From NCBI GenBank assembly GCA_963815255.1, contig CAWFGH010000011.1, forward strand, positions 1,002 through 65,001: 64,000 nucleotides of DNA, given 5' to 3'. This stretch comes from an uncultured delta proteobacterium (GTDB lineage Bacteria; Desulfobacterota; Binatia; Binatales; Binataceae). The position numbers and the translations under genes were made by a program. The stretch's first letter is position 1, and every line of letters starts with the position of its first letter. Positions 16,704 through 25,938 of this stretch are shown in pieces. The notes below the pieces were generated by a model. The model was not told the DNA's origin. It saw only the letters and a list, made by a program, of their open reading frames with translations, and did no database searches.

Positions 16704-16923
16704 TGTTTTCTGATAGAGCCTCGATCGCGTTGATCAGCGCCGTACCGGCGAAACTCCGCCCGATAAACATCCCCAGCGCGAGGCCTGCACGGCTGCGTAG
16801 TCCGCCGCCGAACAGGAAGCCGGCCCCGGCGGACAATGTCAGTGCGCGCAAGGGCTGCTGGCGGACTCTCGATGCCAACCGGTCGAGCTCAGTCGATGGC
16901 CGCGATTCACCTGCCGTATGCAT
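16612..16923 (-). CDS. Hypothetical small membrane protein
   Basis: RALTLSAGAGFLFGGGL...GLALGMFIGRSFAGTALINAI. The last ~30 aa (RQHRAHQRGAGRGAAKSASDRDRG) are the out-of-frame read of the next gene. The true end is therefore uncertain, and a fusion with that gene by frameshift is possible. Confidence 0.4.
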   Translation of the reverse strand: MHTAGESRPSTELDRLASRVRQQPLRALTLSAGAGFLFGGGLRSRAGLALGMFIGRSFAGTALINAIEALSENNGRQHRAHQRGAGRGAAKSASDRDRGQSKG

Positions 16924-16941
16924 CTTTGTAGCCCGCCGGGC

Positions 16942-17208
16942 TTATAACGAGACTTGCCTCAGCGCTTTCGCGGCGACGTAACCGACTATGAACGCTCCCG
17001 CGAGTGCAAGCCAAGGCTGACGTTGGACGAAATCCGTCAGGCTGTCAGAAACCTCGCCCGCGTAGTCCGCACCCTTGGAAACATAATCGCGCGCGGTGTC
17101 ATATCCTTTATCGATCGCTTCGCGTCCCTTGTCCATCGCATCGCGCCCCATATCCCGGGCCGTGTCCAGCGCCTCGTTGGCTGTGTTGCTAAGATTGTTC
17201 TTGTCCAT
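16942..17208 (-). CDS. DUF883 (ElaB/YqjD/YgaM-like) membrane-anchored stress protein
   Basis: ATG 17208 after GAGGAAGG. Repeated polar helices (ALDTARDMGRDAMDKGREAIDKGYDTARDYV) and the C-terminal anchor QPWLALAGAFIVGYVAAKALR. Confidence 0.7.
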   Translation of the reverse strand: MDKNNLSNTANEALDTARDMGRDAMDKGREAIDKGYDTARDYVSKGADYAGEVSDSLTDFVQRQPWLALAGAFIVGYVAAKALRQVSL

Positions 17209-17314
17209 TTTCGCACCCTTCCTCAAAATTGCAGAATTGAATTCGAGTCTTTGTGCAGAGCTCTTTTCATTGCCCTGTATGTTGACACGTCACGCGTAAG
17301 CGCGGTCAAAAGTG

Positions 17315-17473
17315 TCAAACAGGCCTTCGCATAACCAGACTGACGATAAAGAGAATCAGAAATACTACGAAGAGGATTCTCGCCATATCCGTCGCGGTTC
17401 CGGCGATGCCACCGAATCCCAGTACGCCAGCAACGATCGCCACGATGAGACAAACAACTGCCCAATATAGCAT
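17315..17473 (-). CDS. DUF1328 (YtjA-like) small membrane protein
   Basis: [47 protein letters not shown] is the family consensus. GGAGGA RBS upstream of ATG 17473. Confidence 0.85.
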   Translation of the reverse strand: MLYWAVVCLIVAIVAGVLGFGGIAGTATDMARILFVVFLILFIVSLVMRRPV

Positions 17474-17590
17474 TTGCCTTTCCTCCGAATGGTGTGGCCC
17501 AAAAAAATGAGGCCATCCCCGTGGCGAGTGAATCTGCACTCGCTCGACCGGCCAGTTATCCAGCCTGATTACGGGGACGCCATATCAGGG

Positions 17591-17606
17591 AGCAAGGCAT
17601 GTGCCG
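17591..17606 (-). promoter_or_regulatory. Candidate sigma-54 (-24/-12) promoter facing the DUF1328 gene
   Basis: The minus strand reads cGGCACatgccTTGCt, against the consensus TGGCACG-N4-TTGC(A/T). GG and GC have the exact spacing. It lies about 105 nt upstream of ATG 17473. No enhancer-binding protein gene is in the window. Confidence 0.35.
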
Positions 17607-17936
17607 GTTTCTCCGGGTGCGGAAGCATCTCGCCAGCAACACATCGGAAACTGCACGGACACAAGTGTTTTCCCGAAGCCAACGTGGACGAGGTATCGGC
17701 GCGTCGGAAGCCTTAGTTGGAGCTTTTTTGCTCTTGCGGTGAACAAATTTCAATCAAACTTTGCAAACAATATCCGAACTTCCAGCACTTTTTCGAATGG
17801 CCCTAGTCTTGCTGATCACTACAATTGCCCGTCGCGGCTCCCCCGCGAATTGCTTTCTGGTTGTGGAGGGACGGCAACACCACGCGAGACAAGGTCAACA
17901 CGACGCGAGCCATGTTCGACTCGCCAGGAGGTCATA

Positions 17937-18360
17937 ATGAAGAGCGCTTTTGGATTGAAAATCGTTGTGCCAGCTCTGGTGCTGGGGATGGCCGTGTCGG
18001 CGCCACTGTTTGCACAGGACGACAACAACGTGCCGGCGAGTGAATCGATGCATCGGGCAGGAAACTCGGCTGAGAACGCGGCCTCGGACACGGGCCAGGC
18101 TGTTAAGCATGCATATCACGGCACTGTGACAGCGATTTCGGATACCGCACTCACAGCGAAGGTCAAGACTGCATTGCACGAGAACAAGGTCACGAAGGAC
18201 GCCGACATCCACGTCAACACCGTAGCGGGCGTCGTCACGCTCAAAGGGCACGGTGCCTTCCGCCCACACCGCGGCAACCGCTCAACGGGTCGCGGAACAG
18301 ACCAATGGCGTGAAAGAGGTGAGGAATGAATTGACGATGGGTCCTACCGCGTCGCAGTAA
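17937..18360 (+). CDS. BON-domain (OsmY-like) periplasmic protein; +1 frameshift at the GGG run 18246-18248
   Basis: AGGAGG RBS. Signal MKSAFGLKIVVPALVLGMAVSAPLFAQ. ...DTALTAKVKTALHENKVTKDADIHVNTVAGVVTLKG. The +1 frame then gives VPSAHTAATAQRVAEQTNGVKEVRNELTMGPTASQ*, the canonical BON ending. The in-frame read (to 18329) is Arg/Gly junk. Confidence 0.8.
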
Positions 18361-18862
18361 CGGAACCGGCTCCGGTCACGCGCGAGGCGTGACTCTCCAT
18401 CAAGTGGCGGGTGCGCGCAGCTTTTGGTCGGCCGTACCCGCCACTACACTCAGGAATGAGTATCCAGTATTCCGACTGTTTCATTGCCCGGCGTTGACAA
18501 CCAATGACGACAGCCGGGTCCTGAATTGGCCAGCTTCGTCGATAGCGTCCACTTAACATTCAGAAGAATCTTCGATGATGTCTCGTCGTTCCAGACGAGC
18601 ACATATATCCATTCAAATGTCTGCGCGCGGCAAGCTGTTGGTCATGGCCGCACCGACAACGTCATCACTTCTCTGATCGCGTCCATAAACAACGCGGCGA
18701 GAAATTGTTACTGCAAAAGTGAGTAACTTTGACCGGACATTTCCGCGTCAGGGCAGAAAACATGCACGATTCCGTATCAAAACAGCGGCATGAGCCTTGC
18801 CTTGTAAACGACGAACCGCCGCGAATTGTATGCAAAGAAGCACCATGAAGGAATCAACGCCT

Positions 18863-19669
18863 ATGTGCCGCAACTCCGACGAAGCGCGAGACTACAGAGG
18901 AAGCAATAACGGATTGCGCCCGAGGTTGATGTTGTCGATGGGAGCGCTCGGCGTCACGCTGTGCGCGCTCATCCTCTATGGATGCTCAGCCTCAGCCTCG
19001 CGCGGTGAAACTCAGGCGGCGCCCCAGGCCGCGACCGTGTCACCGGAGCAGTGCCTCAACGGGGGCGTGATTCAAACGGCGAACGATCAGCAGAACTATC
19101 ACATACAGCCCGGCGACCAATTGTCGATCAACTTCTATCTCAATCCCGAATTCAACGACGAAGTCCCGGTGAGTCCTGATGGCAAGATAACCCTGCGTCT
19201 AGTCGGCGCGATAGCGGCCGCCGGAATGACACCGTCGGAACTCGCCGCCCAAATCGACAAGACCTACCTGAGCGAGCTGCGTTCGCCCGACGCATCGGTG
19301 ATCGTGAAAAACATGCCGGGCCGGCAGATCTACGTCCAGGGACAGGTCAACCATCCGGGCGCGTTTCCGCTCGAACCCGGGATGACGGCGCTGCAGGCGC
19401 TGGCGGACGCCGGCGGAATCACGCCGGACGCGGCAGACGACAACGTGGTGCTGATTCGGCGCGATGCGTGCGGCCGTCCGACAGGCGAGAAGCTCGACCT
19501 GGCTAGTGCGGCTGACAGTCCGGGCAAGGGCGAGGACGCGGCGCTGATGCCTTACGACGTGCTGGTGGTGCCGCGCAGCCGGATCGCGAATATGGATTTG
19601 TTTGTCAAGCAATACATTCGTGACCTGCTGCCTGTCCAGCCTTATCTGTCGATGACCCCAGGGCTGTAA
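18863..19669 (+). CDS. Polysaccharide export outer-membrane lipoprotein (Wza/EpsE-like; Poly_export plus SLBB)
   Basis: Lipobox LCALILYG|C. YHIQPGDQLSINFYLNPEFNDEVPVSPDGKITLRLVGAIAAAGMTPSELAAQI...IYVQGQVNHPGAFPLEPGMTALQALADAGG. The start could be ATG 18863 (AAGGAA RBS), 18845 or 18929. Confidence 0.85.
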   Translation: MCRNSDEARDYRGSNNGLRPRLMLSMGALGVTLCALILYGCSASASRGETQAAPQAATVSPEQCLNGGVIQTANDQQNYHIQPGDQLSINFYLNPEFNDEVPVSPDGKITLRLVGAIAAAGMTPSELAAQIDKTYLSELRSPDASVIVKNMPGRQIYVQGQVNHPGAFPLEPGMTALQALADAGGITPDAADDNVVLIRRDACGRPTGEKLDLASAADSPGKGEDAALMPYDVLVVPRSRIANMDLFVKQYIRDLLPVQPYLSMTPGL

Positions 19670-19698
19670 CCCCCGGAACGCGGAGGATTCGGACGATA

Positions 19699-21213
19699 AT
19701 GATACTGCGTGATTTGAACTACTGGACCGAACTGCTGTTCCGGCGCAAAAACGCCTTCCTTGAGACCGCGGGGATCATCTTCGGCCTGGTGGTGATCGGG
19801 ACACTGCTCTGGCCGCCGGTCTACCAATCGACCGCGAAGATTTTCGTGCAAAACAATCGCGCGCAGTTGCTGGTCTCGCCAGACCTTCAAAACGAGTCCT
19901 CGCAAAATCCCGGGATCGTCGCGAACCCGGTTAGCGAGCAGGATCTCAACTCGGAAGTCGAACTGCTGACCAGTCTCCACCTGGTCAAGCAGGCCATCGC
20001 GGGCCTCCCGCTGCCCGACAACGCCACAGGTCCGGGTCTGCTGCAGGACACGCTAGGTCTCGCGCTGCAGATTCCGAGCAATGGCTACCGGCTATTGCAC
20101 AGTTCACCAGCGGCCGACCCCCGCGACCAATGGGCGCAAAGGCTGGCGCAGCATGTCGGCGTGTCAGTGATTAAGCGCTCCAATATAATTGAAGTCGATT
20201 TTCGTGCGCACGATTCGCGCTGGGCGCACGACTTCCTGTCGCTGCTAATTACCCAGTACCAGGAATATCATGCGGGACTCTCCAACGACCCCGAGGCGGA
20301 ACAGTTCTTCAACCAGCAGGCCAAGCAGCTCGATCAGCGGCTCAATGAATCTGAAGAGAAGCTGCGTCAATTCCAGGTTCAGACCGGAATAACCAGTCTC
20401 ACCGATCAGAAGCAGGCGCTGGTGACACGCCTGTCCGATCTGCAAATCGAGGACGCGAAAAATTCGACCGACCTGGCTTCGGCCCAACAGCAGGTCGCCT
20501 CACTCACGCAGGAACTGCAGGCGACGCCGCAGCAGATAAGCAAGGAGACGCGGTCGGTACAGAACCTCGCGCTGCAGCAAATCAAACCGCAAGTGATGCA
20601 GCTTGAGGCCGAGCGCGCCGATCTTCTCAGCCGCTACCAGCCGACCAGCAAGAGGATCACCGAGATCGATGCGAAACTCGCGGCGGCGCATCGGATCCTG
20701 AATCGTGAGAATCACCTCGAGGTGCAGGAGGCCAGCACCGACCTCAATCCGATCTGGGTCACGCTCGAACAAAGTCTCAAGCAGGCGCAAGCCAACGCCG
20801 CCTCGCTGCAAGCCAGTCACGAGGTACTCGATAAGCAGATCGACGCGATGCGCCAGCAGCTTACCGATATGGTCAACAACGGGCTGTCGATTGAGCGGCT
20901 GTCGCGCCAGGTCGCAAACGATAAGGACGCTTACACCGCATATGTGCGTAAGGGTGAAGAGGCGCGCGCGGCGCAAGGGCTCAATCTGAACAAGATTTTG
21001 AACGTCAGTCTGGCGCAGGCGCCGACCGCGCCGATGATGCCGGTGTTTCCCATTATCTGGCTGAATTTCCTGGCGGGTGCAGCACTGGCCATGTGCGCAG
21101 GCATCGCGGCCGCGTATTGGGAAGAACAACGCGACCCCAGAATCTATTCAGCCGCCGCGGTCGAAGAGGCGAGCGGAGTTAGCACCATCGCGATCCTTCG
21201 CAACGAGGCGTAA
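19699..21213 (+). CDS. Polysaccharide chain-length determinant (Wzz/GumC-type, PEP-CTERM-locus-like)
   Basis: N-terminal TM plus PPVYQSTAKIFV Wzz motif, a long coiled coil and a C-terminal TM (PIIWLNFLAGAALAMCAGIAAAY). Confidence 0.85.
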   Translation: MILRDLNYWTELLFRRKNAFLETAGIIFGLVVIGTLLWPPVYQSTAKIFVQNNRAQLLVSPDLQNESSQNPGIVANPVSEQDLNSEVELLTSLHLVKQAIAGLPLPDNATGPGLLQDTLGLALQIPSNGYRLLHSSPAADPRDQWAQRLAQHVGVSVIKRSNIIEVDFRAHDSRWAHDFLSLLITQYQEYHAGLSNDPEAEQFFNQQAKQLDQRLNESEEKLRQFQVQTGITSLTDQKQALVTRLSDLQIEDAKNSTDLASAQQQVASLTQELQATPQQISKETRSVQNLALQQIKPQVMQLEAERADLLSRYQPTSKRITEIDAKLAAAHRILNRENHLEVQEASTDLNPIWVTLEQSLKQAQANAASLQASHEVLDKQIDAMRQQLTDMVNNGLSIERLSRQVANDKDAYTAYVRKGEEARAAQGLNLNKILNVSLAQAPTAPMMPVFPIIWLNFLAGAALAMCAGIAAAYWEEQRDPRIYSAAAVEEASGVSTIAILRNEA

Positions 21214-21224
21214 GCGCGACCGCC

Positions 21225-22325
21225 ATGTACCACCAGCACTTCGGACTCAGCGGCGCACCGTTTCAGTTCACGCCCACGCCCAGCGCGCTCTACCTGAGCC
21301 AAACTCATCGCGAAGGCCTGGCCGCGCTGGAATGGAGCCTGTTGCATGAGCCCTCGGGTTTCACCCTGCTGGTGGGCGAAAGCGGGATCGGCAAGACCAC
21401 GCTCGTCTGTTCGATTCTGGCGCGATCCTACGCGAGCGTGCGCAGCGCCTACATCACCAGCCCGAAGCTGAGCTTCGATCAGATGATGCAAGCCATCATG
21501 TCGCAATTACTTCGGGCCACGAACGGCCAGAACAAGCTCCAACTGATCGAGAGCTTCACGCGCCTGCTCGACGATCTCAGGCCGGGCGAGCGCCTCGTCA
21601 TCATCATCGACGAAGCGCAGGAGCTGGCCGACGAGACGCTGGAGGAATTCAGGCTGCTTTCAAACCTCGACACGGCCGAGGAACGGCGATTGCAAATCAT
21701 ATTGGTGGGGCAGCCGGAACTGATCGATCGTCTGGCGCGCCCTGAGATGAACAGTCTCAATCAGCGAATCGGCGCGCGCGTATTGCTCAGTCCGCTGCAG
21801 ACCGCAGAGGTGCGCGAATATATCGACACCCGGCTGCGGTCCAAGGGCGGAGCGGCGAACAAGGTATTCGCCCCGGCCGCTCTCGATCACCTGGTGCAGC
21901 ACAGCCGCGGAATCCCACGGCGGACAAATGTGCTCTGTCACAACTCGATGCTGCTCGGGTTTGCGATCGGCCGCGCCAGGGTCAACCTGCCGACGGCCAG
22001 AGCGGCCGTCAACGAGTTTGAAAATCTGCTCGACGGGAAACCGGCATCGCGCGATCAGTCTGCGCGCGGGCCGCTACTGAAACAGCTCGCACGGGCGGCG
22101 CTAGCAGTGGCCGCGCTCGTACTGGTCGCGCTGGGCGTCCTTTACGTGTGGTCATCTCAGTCCTGGTTCACCTTCAATCCGATGCATGCGACCTTGGGCA
22201 GAGAAACTCTCCGCCCCGCCTTGGTTCCTGCTATTCCGGGGCCTGAGATTTCGTCATGGCCAATGTTGCCGGCGCTGGTGTCTGCCGCCAGCAGCCGCTA
22301 CCCGCTCGCCGGTGCGCAATCATGA
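21225..22325 (+). CDS. ExeA/GspA-like AAA ATPase (PEP-CTERM-locus secretion-ATPase type) with a C-terminal TM
   Basis: FGLSGAPFQFTPTPSALYLSQTHREGLAAL...LVGESGIGKTTL (Walker A)...LVIIIDEAQEL (Walker B)...GIPRRTNVLC. TM at AALAVAALVLVALGVLYV. Confidence 0.85.
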   Translation: MYHQHFGLSGAPFQFTPTPSALYLSQTHREGLAALEWSLLHEPSGFTLLVGESGIGKTTLVCSILARSYASVRSAYITSPKLSFDQMMQAIMSQLLRATNGQNKLQLIESFTRLLDDLRPGERLVIIIDEAQELADETLEEFRLLSNLDTAEERRLQIILVGQPELIDRLARPEMNSLNQRIGARVLLSPLQTAEVREYIDTRLRSKGGAANKVFAPAALDHLVQHSRGIPRRTNVLCHNSMLLGFAIGRARVNLPTARAAVNEFENLLDGKPASRDQSARGPLLKQLARAALAVAALVLVALGVLYVWSSQSWFTFNPMHATLGRETLRPALVPAIPGPEISSWPMLPALVSAASSRYPLAGAQS

Positions 22326-23086
22326 GCAAGTACTACGAAGCAATAACTCGTCCCAATCAGGCACAGCCGCCTCCGCAGGTCGATGATCTGCGGCGCACGG
22401 ACACTTCGGTGTTCAACGGGATCAGCGCGGCGTCGCACTCGCTAGTCCCGCTGCCGACGCTCGAACACGTGCCGGCCGCGGTGGCGCGCGCGAGCGCGAT
22501 TCGCAATCTCACCGAGCGGCTCGCGCCCGTGGCGGTGATCGAAAGGTCTTCGCGGCTGCTGGTGACCGGATGCCGCCCCGGGGACGGGGCGTCGACGGTC
22601 GCGACGGCGATCGCGATCGACATGAGCCAGCGCCTGGGCCTGCGCACGATGCTGGTCGATGCACACCTGCGGCATCCGTCGTTGCATCGCCTGTTCCAGC
22701 ATCCCGGCCGCCGCACTCCCGAGTTGGTGCTCGACGGCGCATTGCAGATTCGCTCTACCGAATGGCCGCGGCTGGAACTGGTGACCTGTTGCCTGTCGAG
22801 CCCCGATTCGCAACGGCAATTGTTCGACGAATTCGAAGCGCTGCTGGGCGCGTATCCGGCCGTGATCGTCGATCTCGGGGTGACGCGGCTCGACGCGCGA
22901 ATGCTGCCGCTGGCGCGGTCTAACGATCCGATCCTGATGGTAGTGCGCCAGGGGCATACGGAGCGGCGCGAGGTGGCGACGACCGCCAGCGCGTTGCGCG
23001 CGGCGCGCCGTTCGGTGGCCGGCGTAATCCTCAACGATGCAACCGACCCGGTTGCGAAACCACTACGGAGACTGTTGGGAAAATGA
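22322..23086 (+). CDS. CpsD/CapB (BY-kinase)-like P-loop protein with a degenerate Walker A; probable pseudokinase
   Basis: ATGA overlap with the upstream gene. LLVTGCRPGDGASTVATAIAIDMSQ...TMLVDAHLRHPSLHRLF...AVIVDLG... This has MinD/BY-kinase topology, but GDGAST replaces GxGK(S/T) and there is no C-terminal Tyr cluster. Confidence 0.65.
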   Translation: MSKYYEAITRPNQAQPPPQVDDLRRTDTSVFNGISAASHSLVPLPTLEHVPAAVARASAIRNLTERLAPVAVIERSSRLLVTGCRPGDGASTVATAIAIDMSQRLGLRTMLVDAHLRHPSLHRLFQHPGRRTPELVLDGALQIRSTEWPRLELVTCCLSSPDSQRQLFDEFEALLGAYPAVIVDLGVTRLDARMLPLARSNDPILMVVRQGHTERREVATTASALRAARRSVAGVILNDATDPVAKPLRRLLGK

Positions 23087-24192
23087 ATGAATTGGCAAGT
23101 GGAGCGGCGGTTGTACAACCGGATCTGAACGGCCGCAATGGCGCCGCCGAAACCCACAAGGCGCGGCGTTTGCGCGGCGTCGCAGTGGTCGGGCTCGGTT
23201 ACTGGGGTCCGAATTGGGTGCGTAACTTTTATCAGCTGCGATGCGCAGAACGGATCATCGCGTGCGATCTCGATGAGGGCCGCTGCGACCGCATTCGCAG
23301 CCTTTATCCGGCCGCCGAAACCGACCTGCGCTTCGAGGACGTTCTCGAGGACCCCGACATCGAGGGCGTGATCATCGCAACCCCGGTCAGCAGCCACTAT
23401 CCGATGGCGCGCCGGGTGCTGGAAGCGGGCAAGTCGGTGCTGGTCGAGAAGCCGTTGGCGATGTCACCGGCCGAGGCGGCCGACCTGATGCGGTTCGCGC
23501 GCAGGCGCGGGGGCGTGCTGATGGCCGGGCATACGTTCGAGTACAGCGCTCCGGTGCTCAAAATTCACGAGGTCATATCCGCGGGCGAGTTGGGCGAGGT
23601 TTTCTACGTGAGCTCGATCCGCGCCAACCTTGGACTTTTCCAGCACGACGTCAACGTGGTCTGGGACCTCGCCACGCACGACATTTCGATCATCCTCATG
23701 ATCATGGGGCGGATGCCGGAAGCCGTGAGTTGCCAGGGGCAGAGCCACTACCGCAACGGCGTGGAGGACGTGGCGCTGCTGTCGATGCACTTCCCGGACA
23801 ACGTGATTGCCTTCGTGCACGTGAGCTGGCTCGACCCCAACAAGATTCGCCGCACCACCATCGTGGGCTCGCGCAAAATGCTGGTCTACGACGACACTTC
23901 CCTGCAGGAGAAGATTCGCATCTACGATAAAGGCGTCGACGTCCAGCGCTATTACGACACCTTCGGCGATTTCCAATTCTCGTACCGCTACGGCGACATC
24001 CAGATCCCGCGCATCGAGGAGGCGGAACCGCTCAAGGCCGAGTGCGAACACTTCGCGGACTGCATCCGCAACGGGACCACGCCGCGCACCGACGGACTTT
24101 CGGGTGCGCGCGTAGTGAGCGTGTTGCACGCAGCCAACCTTTCGCTGAAAAACGGCGGGAACAAAATCCCGATCGAAATCCCCCTGGCGTGA
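23083..24192 (+). CDS. Gfo/Idh/MocA-family sugar-nucleotide oxidoreductase (WbpB/WlbA-like)
   Basis: VAVVGLGYWGPNWVRNF Rossmann motif, VIIATPVSSHYPMARRVLEAGKSVLVEKPLA, and context with an LbH acetyltransferase and a DegT aminotransferase. Confidence 0.85.
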   Translation: MNELASGAAVVQPDLNGRNGAAETHKARRLRGVAVVGLGYWGPNWVRNFYQLRCAERIIACDLDEGRCDRIRSLYPAAETDLRFEDVLEDPDIEGVIIATPVSSHYPMARRVLEAGKSVLVEKPLAMSPAEAADLMRFARRRGGVLMAGHTFEYSAPVLKIHEVISAGELGEVFYVSSIRANLGLFQHDVNVVWDLATHDISIILMIMGRMPEAVSCQGQSHYRNGVEDVALLSMHFPDNVIAFVHVSWLDPNKIRRTTIVGSRKMLVYDDTSLQEKIRIYDKGVDVQRYYDTFGDFQFSYRYGDIQIPRIEEAEPLKAECEHFADCIRNGTTPRTDGLSGARVVSVLHAANLSLKNGGNKIPIEIPLA

Positions 24193-24197
24193 AGCGC

Positions 24198-24737
24198 ATG
24201 AGCGGCGATATCCAGATGCCCCGGTTTGCCTGCGTAGCCGACGATGTCCGGCTGGGCCCGCGCGTCCGCTTGAGCCCGTTCGTCAACCTGTACGGATGCG
24301 AGATCGGCGAGGACACCCGCCTGGGGGCCTTCGTCGAAGTCCAGCGCGGCGCGACGATCGGCCAGCGCTGCAAGATCTCGAGCCACACCTTCATCTGCTC
24401 GGGAGTGACGATCGAGGACGAGGTGTTCGTCGGTCACGGCGTGGTTTTCATCAACGACCGCGCGCCCCGCGCGACTACCGCGGACGGCGCGCCGCAAACC
24501 GAGAGTGACTGGCGGATGGAGGGCACGGTGGTGCGGCACGGTGCCTCGATCGGAAGCGGCGCGGTCATCCTGTGCGGCATCGAAATCGGCGCGCGCGCGA
24601 TGGTCGGCGCCGGCGCCGTGGTAACGCGCGACGTGCCGCCGGGCGCGGTGGTGGCCGGCAATCCGGCCCGCGTGCTTCGCTCGACCAGACCCGAGAACCA
24701 GCTAAACCCCAGCCATGGAGACTCCAATGCAGATTAA
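24198..24737 (+). CDS. Left-handed beta-helix (hexapeptide) N-acetyltransferase (WbpD-like)
   Basis: Hexapeptide repeats ...IGEDTRLGAFVEVQRGATIGQRCKISSHTFICSGVTIEDEVFVGHGVVFIND...GASIGSGAVILCGIEIGARAMVGAGAVVTRDVPPGAVVAGNPAR. Confidence 0.85.
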   Translation: MSGDIQMPRFACVADDVRLGPRVRLSPFVNLYGCEIGEDTRLGAFVEVQRGATIGQRCKISSHTFICSGVTIEDEVFVGHGVVFINDRAPRATTADGAPQTESDWRMEGTVVRHGASIGSGAVILCGIEIGARAMVGAGAVVTRDVPPGAVVAGNPARVLRSTRPENQLNPSHGDSNAD

Positions 24738-25935
24738 GTTCGTCGATCTCGTTTCGCAGACCGCGGAGATCCGCGAGCGCGTGGAACGCGAACTGGTCAG
24801 GATTCATCTCGACGCCGGCTATATCGGCGGCCCGCAGGTCAAGGCCTTCGAAGAGGAGTTCGCGGCTTATCTCGGCGTTCGCCACGTCGTTTCCGTCGGC
24901 AACGGCACTGATGCGATCCGTCTCGCGCTGCTCGCGGTCGGAGTGGGACCTGGCAGCGAAGTGATCACGACGCCGATGACTTTCATCGCGACCGCCGCGG
25001 CGATCCGTCAAACCGGCGCCCGGCCGACCCTGGTCGATATCGATCCTGAGACCTGCAACATCGACCCGCATGCGCTGCGCCGCTACCTGGTGGAGCGCCG
25101 CCGCCGCTCGCCGCACGGCCTGCGCGCGATCGTTCCGGTACATCTGTATGGCTTGCCGGCGGCGATGCGCGAAATCCAGGAGATCGCGGAGGAGTTCGGC
25201 CTGCGCATCGTTGAGGACGCCTGCCAGGCACATGGCGCCTCATTCCACGACGGAAAGCGCTGGCGTTACGCCGGAACGCTCGGCGCGGCCGGATGCTTCA
25301 GCTTCTACCCGGGCAAAAATCTCGGGGCCTGGGGCGATGGCGGCGCGGCCGTAACCGACGATGACGAACTGGCGGATCGAATCAGAATGCTGCGCGACCA
25401 CGGGCGCATCTCGCACTACGCGCACCAGGACTACGGTTATAACTCGCGCCTCGACGCGATCCAGGCGGCGGTGCTGCGGGCCAAGCTCGAGCGGCTGCCC
25501 GACTGGAACCGGCGCCGGCGCGAGATCGCGGAGACCTACCGCGAACTGCTCGAGGGCGCGGACCTCGTGCTGCCGACCGAGCCGGAGGGGTTGGCTTCGG
25601 CCTATCACCTCTATGCGATTCGCAGCCGTCAGCGCGACGCGATCCGTCAAGCGTTGCTCAGCAAGGATATCCAGTGCGGCATTCACTATCCCGTGCCGCT
25701 GCATCTGCAGCCGGCGTGCCGCGACCTCGGCTACCGACCCAAGGATTTTCCGGTGAGTGAGCGGCTTGCCGACACCGAGCTTTCGCTGCCGATGCATCCG
25801 CATCTGACCGACGCCGAGGTGCGGCAGGTGGCCGAGGCTGTGCTCGCGGCCGTGCGCAAGCGCCCGACCATATTCGCCGGCGGGCATCGCCGAAGCCCAG
25901 CCGTCTCTGCTCTCCCCCCGGAGCGTGGCGAGTGA
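24727..25935 (+). CDS. DegT/DnrJ/EryC1/StrS-family PLP aminotransferase (WbpE-like)
   Basis: FVDLVSQ...GYIGGPQVKAFEEEFAAYLGVRHVVSVGNGTDAIRLAL...FSFYPGKNLGAWGDGGAV...HYPVPLHLQPA. GGAG lies 6 nt before ATG 24727 (alternative ATG 24715). Confidence 0.9.
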   Translation: MQIKFVDLVSQTAEIRERVERELVRIHLDAGYIGGPQVKAFEEEFAAYLGVRHVVSVGNGTDAIRLALLAVGVGPGSEVITTPMTFIATAAAIRQTGARPTLVDIDPETCNIDPHALRRYLVERRRRSPHGLRAIVPVHLYGLPAAMREIQEIAEEFGLRIVEDACQAHGASFHDGKRWRYAGTLGAAGCFSFYPGKNLGAWGDGGAAVTDDDELADRIRMLRDHGRISHYAHQDYGYNSRLDAIQAAVLRAKLERLPDWNRRRREIAETYRELLEGADLVLPTEPEGLASAYHLYAIRSRQRDAIRQALLSKDIQCGIHYPVPLHLQPACRDLGYRPKDFPVSERLADTELSLPMHPHLTDAEVRQVAEAVLAAVRKRPTIFAGGHRRSPAVSALPPERGE

Positions 25936-25938
25936 GGC

